Assembly (NCBI GenBank): GCA_963801355.1
Contig: CAWDEM010000008.1
Location: 96,001 to 160,000, forward strand
Reading direction: 5' to 3'
From: Ignavibacteriota bacterium
GTDB lineage: Bacteria > Bacteroidota > Ignavibacteria > UBA10030 > UBA6906
Length of the DNA stretch: 64,000 nt
Positions 61,355 to 64,000 of the stretch are shown piece after piece. Below the pieces are notes generated by a model. It had not been told where the DNA came from, did no database searches, and worked only from the letters and a program-made list of their open reading frames with translations. Made by a program: the position numbers and the translations under genes. Position 1 is the stretch's first letter, and every line of letters starts with the position of its first letter.

Positions 61355-62653
61355 GAGGCATGCGCTTTTCGATCTGGCTGCTCTTCAGTGCTCTGGTCGC
61401 ATGCACGGGGCATGCTGCGGGCGGCCCGCTGGATTTCACCGCACGCCGGGCACAGGTGATGGTGCTGATGGATTCGGGATCTGCTATGGTCCTGCGCTCG
61501 CCCGATATGCGCATGCGGAATGCGGATGTGAACTACCCCTACCGTCAGGAAAGCAATCTGCTGTATCTCAGCGGCTTGAACCGGCCCCGGGTAACACTGA
61601 TGCTCGTTCCTCGGGGCGTGATGCTTGACGGGAAGAGAGTGACTATCCTGCTTTTCGCCCCGGAATCCACGGACGGCGGGGACACACTTTCTTCAATAAG
61701 TGACGGAGTGGTGCTCCCGCCGGAGCGCTTTCAGTCGATTCTCGACTCGATCCTGTCGGTCGTGAAGACTCTGTACACCAATTCTTCAGGCGTAGGATTT
61801 ATGCAGGACTGGTTGAACGGAAAGCCGCTGTTTCTGGAGCGTGAGAGCCGGAGGGAAGTAGAAGCGAAACATCCGCAGCTGAAGGTCAAGAATGCGGGTC
61901 CTCTTGTTTCCGTATTGCGGCAGGTGAAGAGTGCGGCCGAAGTGGATCTCATTCGCAGTGCGATTGAAGCGACGGACGCCGGGCTGCAGAGAGCAATGCA
62001 GCGATGCGCCCCGGGTATCCGGGAATATGAGCTGCAGGCGGAAGTTGAATATGCGATGGTCCGGGCCGGTGCGTGGGGAGTGGGTTTCCCTTCCATCATT
62101 GGCTCGGGAGCCAACTCGCTCATCCCGCATTACGATTTGAACCGGCGCGCTGCCAGGGCGGGCGAAGTTGTCGTGATGGATGTAGGTGCGGAGATGGAGG
62201 GGTACTCGGCGGACGTCACCCGGACGATACCCGTGTCGGGGAAATTTTCGCAGGGGCAGCGCAAGGTGTACGAGACGGTCCTGCGTATGCAGCGCGCAGT
62301 GATTGCCGCCATCCGGCCCGGGGTTCCCTGGAAGCGACTTGATGAGGTGGCTCGCGCGATTGTCAAGGAATCGGGTTTTGCGCGCTTCACCGAGCACTCC
62401 GTTTCGCATCACCTGGGCCTTGACGTTCACGACGCCGGTGTGATGGATACGTTGCGTGCCGGCATGGTGATTACGGTTGAGCCCGGTCTCTATATCCCCG
62501 TTGCTGACACGACGAGTCGGGCCTGAATACCGCGGCATCGGCGTGCGGATTGAAGATGATGTCCTGGTTACGGGCGAGGGGTCGGAGGTTTTGAGCTCGC
62601 GAGTGCCGAAAGAAATAGCAGACATAGAAAGGATCATGAAGCATCCACGTTAG
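61351..62653 (+). pseudogene. Xaa-Pro aminopeptidase (M24B), frameshifted near 62510-62521
   Basis: YPYRQESN, MDVGAE..YSADVTRT, HHLGLDVHD, TVEPGLY; [13 protein letters not shown] is in the +1 frame, ending at TAG 62653. Confidence 0.8.
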
Positions 62654-62675
62654 CGATGAAGTGTTCGGGTAAGAG

Positions 62676-62708
62676 AAACGCCAAATTCTTCCTGGATTTG
62701 GCGTTTTT
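62676..62708 (+). terminator. Rho-independent terminator
   Basis: AAACGCCAAAT/ATTTGGCGTTT 11-bp stem plus T-run. Confidence 0.75.
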
Positions 62709-62738
62709 ATCTGGGGGGGGCCGGCGATGATTTTCCAC

Positions 62739-62777
62739 TTGACATTATGATATAATTATGATATCATAATGACATCA
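62739..62777 (+). promoter_or_regulatory. Promoter overlapped by a three-repeat operator
   Basis: TTGACA-17-TATCAT; 11-bp repeats TTATGATATAA, TTATGATATCA, TAATGACATCA; perfect palindrome ATTATGATATCATAAT at 62755-62770. Confidence 0.75.
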
Positions 62778-62792
62778 CAGAGCGGAGGTCTC

Positions 62793-63668
62793 ATGGATGC
62801 AATTCAGGAAAAGGCCGCATGGAAGATGAACGGCTTTGTCTGGCTCTTTTTTGAGCTGCTGCTACTGGCTTTGAGCGTCTGGCTTATCGTCCGGCTCTCG
62901 ATGACCGGGGACGTGGCCCTGCTATGGGTCTTCATACCTGTTGTCATCATCTGGTCGCTGCTGATCGGCGGCTTCTTTGTTGTTCAACCCAACTCGGCGC
63001 GGGTTCTCGTGTTTTTTGGGAGTTACGTCGGTGTCGTGCGTGATTCGGGATTCTGGTTCACGAATCCATTCACCGTCAAGCGGCACGTCTCACTGCGGAT
63101 CCGCAACTTCAACAGTGAGCGGCTGAAGGTAAACGACTTGCAGGGAAATCCCATCGAGATTGCGGCGGTGATCGTCTGGCGGGTTGTGGATTCCGCGAAG
63201 GCGCTGTTTGACGTGGACAACTACGAAGGATTTGTCGCGATACAGAGCGAGACAGCGATCCGGACCCTGGCGTCGCACTACCCCTATGATGCTCATGTAG
63301 AGGGCCGGGCTTCGTTGCGCGGGAGCCCGGGGGAAGTCTCAGACAGTTTGCGCCAGCAGGTGCAGGCCAGGCTTGAGGTCGCGGGTGTGGAAATCTCCGA
63401 AGCGCGCATCAGTCATCTTGCGTATGCACCCGAGATTGCGCAGGCGATGCTTCGCCGGCAGCAGGCGGAAGCTGTTGTGGCGGCGCGGCAAAAGATCGTC
63501 GAGGGGGCGGTGGGAATGGTCCAGATGGCTTTGAAGATGTTGCAGGAAGAGAAGGTCCTCGCACTTGACGAAGAGCGGAAGGCCGCGATGATCAACAATC
63601 TTCTTGTCGCTCTCGTCTCTGAGCACGATGTGCAACCGGTCATCAACACCGGGACGCTGTACACATGA
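62793..63668 (+). CDS. SPFH (band 7/stomatin-like) membrane protein
   Basis: GGAGG RBS; two TM; LKVNDLQGNPIEIAA, LAYAPEIAQAMLRRQQA, IVEGAVGMV. Confidence 0.92.
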   Translation: MDAIQEKAAWKMNGFVWLFFELLLLALSVWLIVRLSMTGDVALLWVFIPVVIIWSLLIGGFFVVQPNSARVLVFFGSYVGVVRDSGFWFTNPFTVKRHVSLRIRNFNSERLKVNDLQGNPIEIAAVIVWRVVDSAKALFDVDNYEGFVAIQSETAIRTLASHYPYDAHVEGRASLRGSPGEVSDSLRQQVQARLEVAGVEISEARISHLAYAPEIAQAMLRRQQAEAVVAARQKIVEGAVGMVQMALKMLQEEKVLALDEERKAAMINNLLVALVSEHDVQPVINTGTLYT

Positions 63669-63877
63669 GTGCGAAGAAACGCTTCCTGCTGCGGCTTGAC
63701 GACGGGCTGTACAGGGTCATGGAGAAGTGGGCCGCGGATGAGTTGCGAAGCGTCAACGCGCAGATTGAATACCTGCTCCACGATGCGGCGCGGAGAGCCC
63801 GCAGGCTCCCTGCGCTGCAGGTGGGGGAGGTTGGCAGCGCGCCGGAACAGACCGCGGAGCGTACGGCCGGCCTATGA
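63665..63877 (+). CDS. Arc/ribbon-helix-helix DNA-binding protein
   Basis: KKRFLLRLD beta-strand, WAADELRSVNAQIEYLL; ATGA overlap with the SPFH gene. Confidence 0.85.
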   Translation: MSAKKRFLLRLDDGLYRVMEKWAADELRSVNAQIEYLLHDAARRARRLPALQVGEVGSAPEQTAERTAGL

Positions 63878-64000
63878 CTCCTGCCGCACAATGAGTGTGC
63901 GCGTAGGATATGCGAATACTATTCCTTCCTCCCGGAACCGCCGCAACAGAGCAAGATTGATCGCCTGCTGGATATCCATGAATGCGGTGTAATCCGCAGT
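63872..64000 (-). CDS. Partial (C-terminus only) MscS-family mechanosensitive channel
   Basis: Translated by hand: TADYTAFMDIQQAINLALLRRFREEGIVFAYPTRTLIVRQES*; GIxFAYPT tail is typical of MscS. Confidence 0.75.
   Translation of the reverse strand, partial: TADYTAFMDIQQAINLALLRRFREEGIVFAYPTRTLIVRQES

Noticed and set aside
62713-62720. Intergenic G8 tract upstream of the SPFH promoter
   Set aside because: Lies outside the -35/-10 spacer, so a length change has no obvious effect

Overview
GC-rich bacterial chromosomal segment, about 50 densely packed genes. Gene content and TATATT-type promoters suggest an FCB-group (Ignavibacteria/Chlorobi-like) organism; this is inference only. I saw no rRNA, tRNA, CRISPR array or mobile element. 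Contents in order: exported hydrolases and proteases; lemA-htpX; an AGE epimerase with a Na+/sugar symporter; a proC-thrABC operon; an L-rhamnose cluster (GH78, rhaT, URO-D-like protein, GalU-like protein, GHMP-kinase/UDP-sugar-pyrophosphorylase fusion); a housekeeping block (sua5-like, der, upp, relA/spoT, ruvX, mtgA, trmH, cmk, ispH, rpsA, mtaB, truA, comM, IDH, dusB); an S46 peptidase; an xdhA-xdhB-pduS-like-pduT-like operon; two frameshifted peptidase genes; and an SPFH + Arc-type regulator pair. Best leads: (1) xanthine dehydrogenase co-transcribed with a microcompartment PduS/PduT redox module; (2) a putative rhamnose salvage-to-NDP-sugar pathway; (3) a 17-bp tandem array forming a chain of ATGA-overlapped 6-codon mini-ORFs that feeds into dusB; (4) a Thr-rich candidate leader peptide ahead of proC-thrABC.
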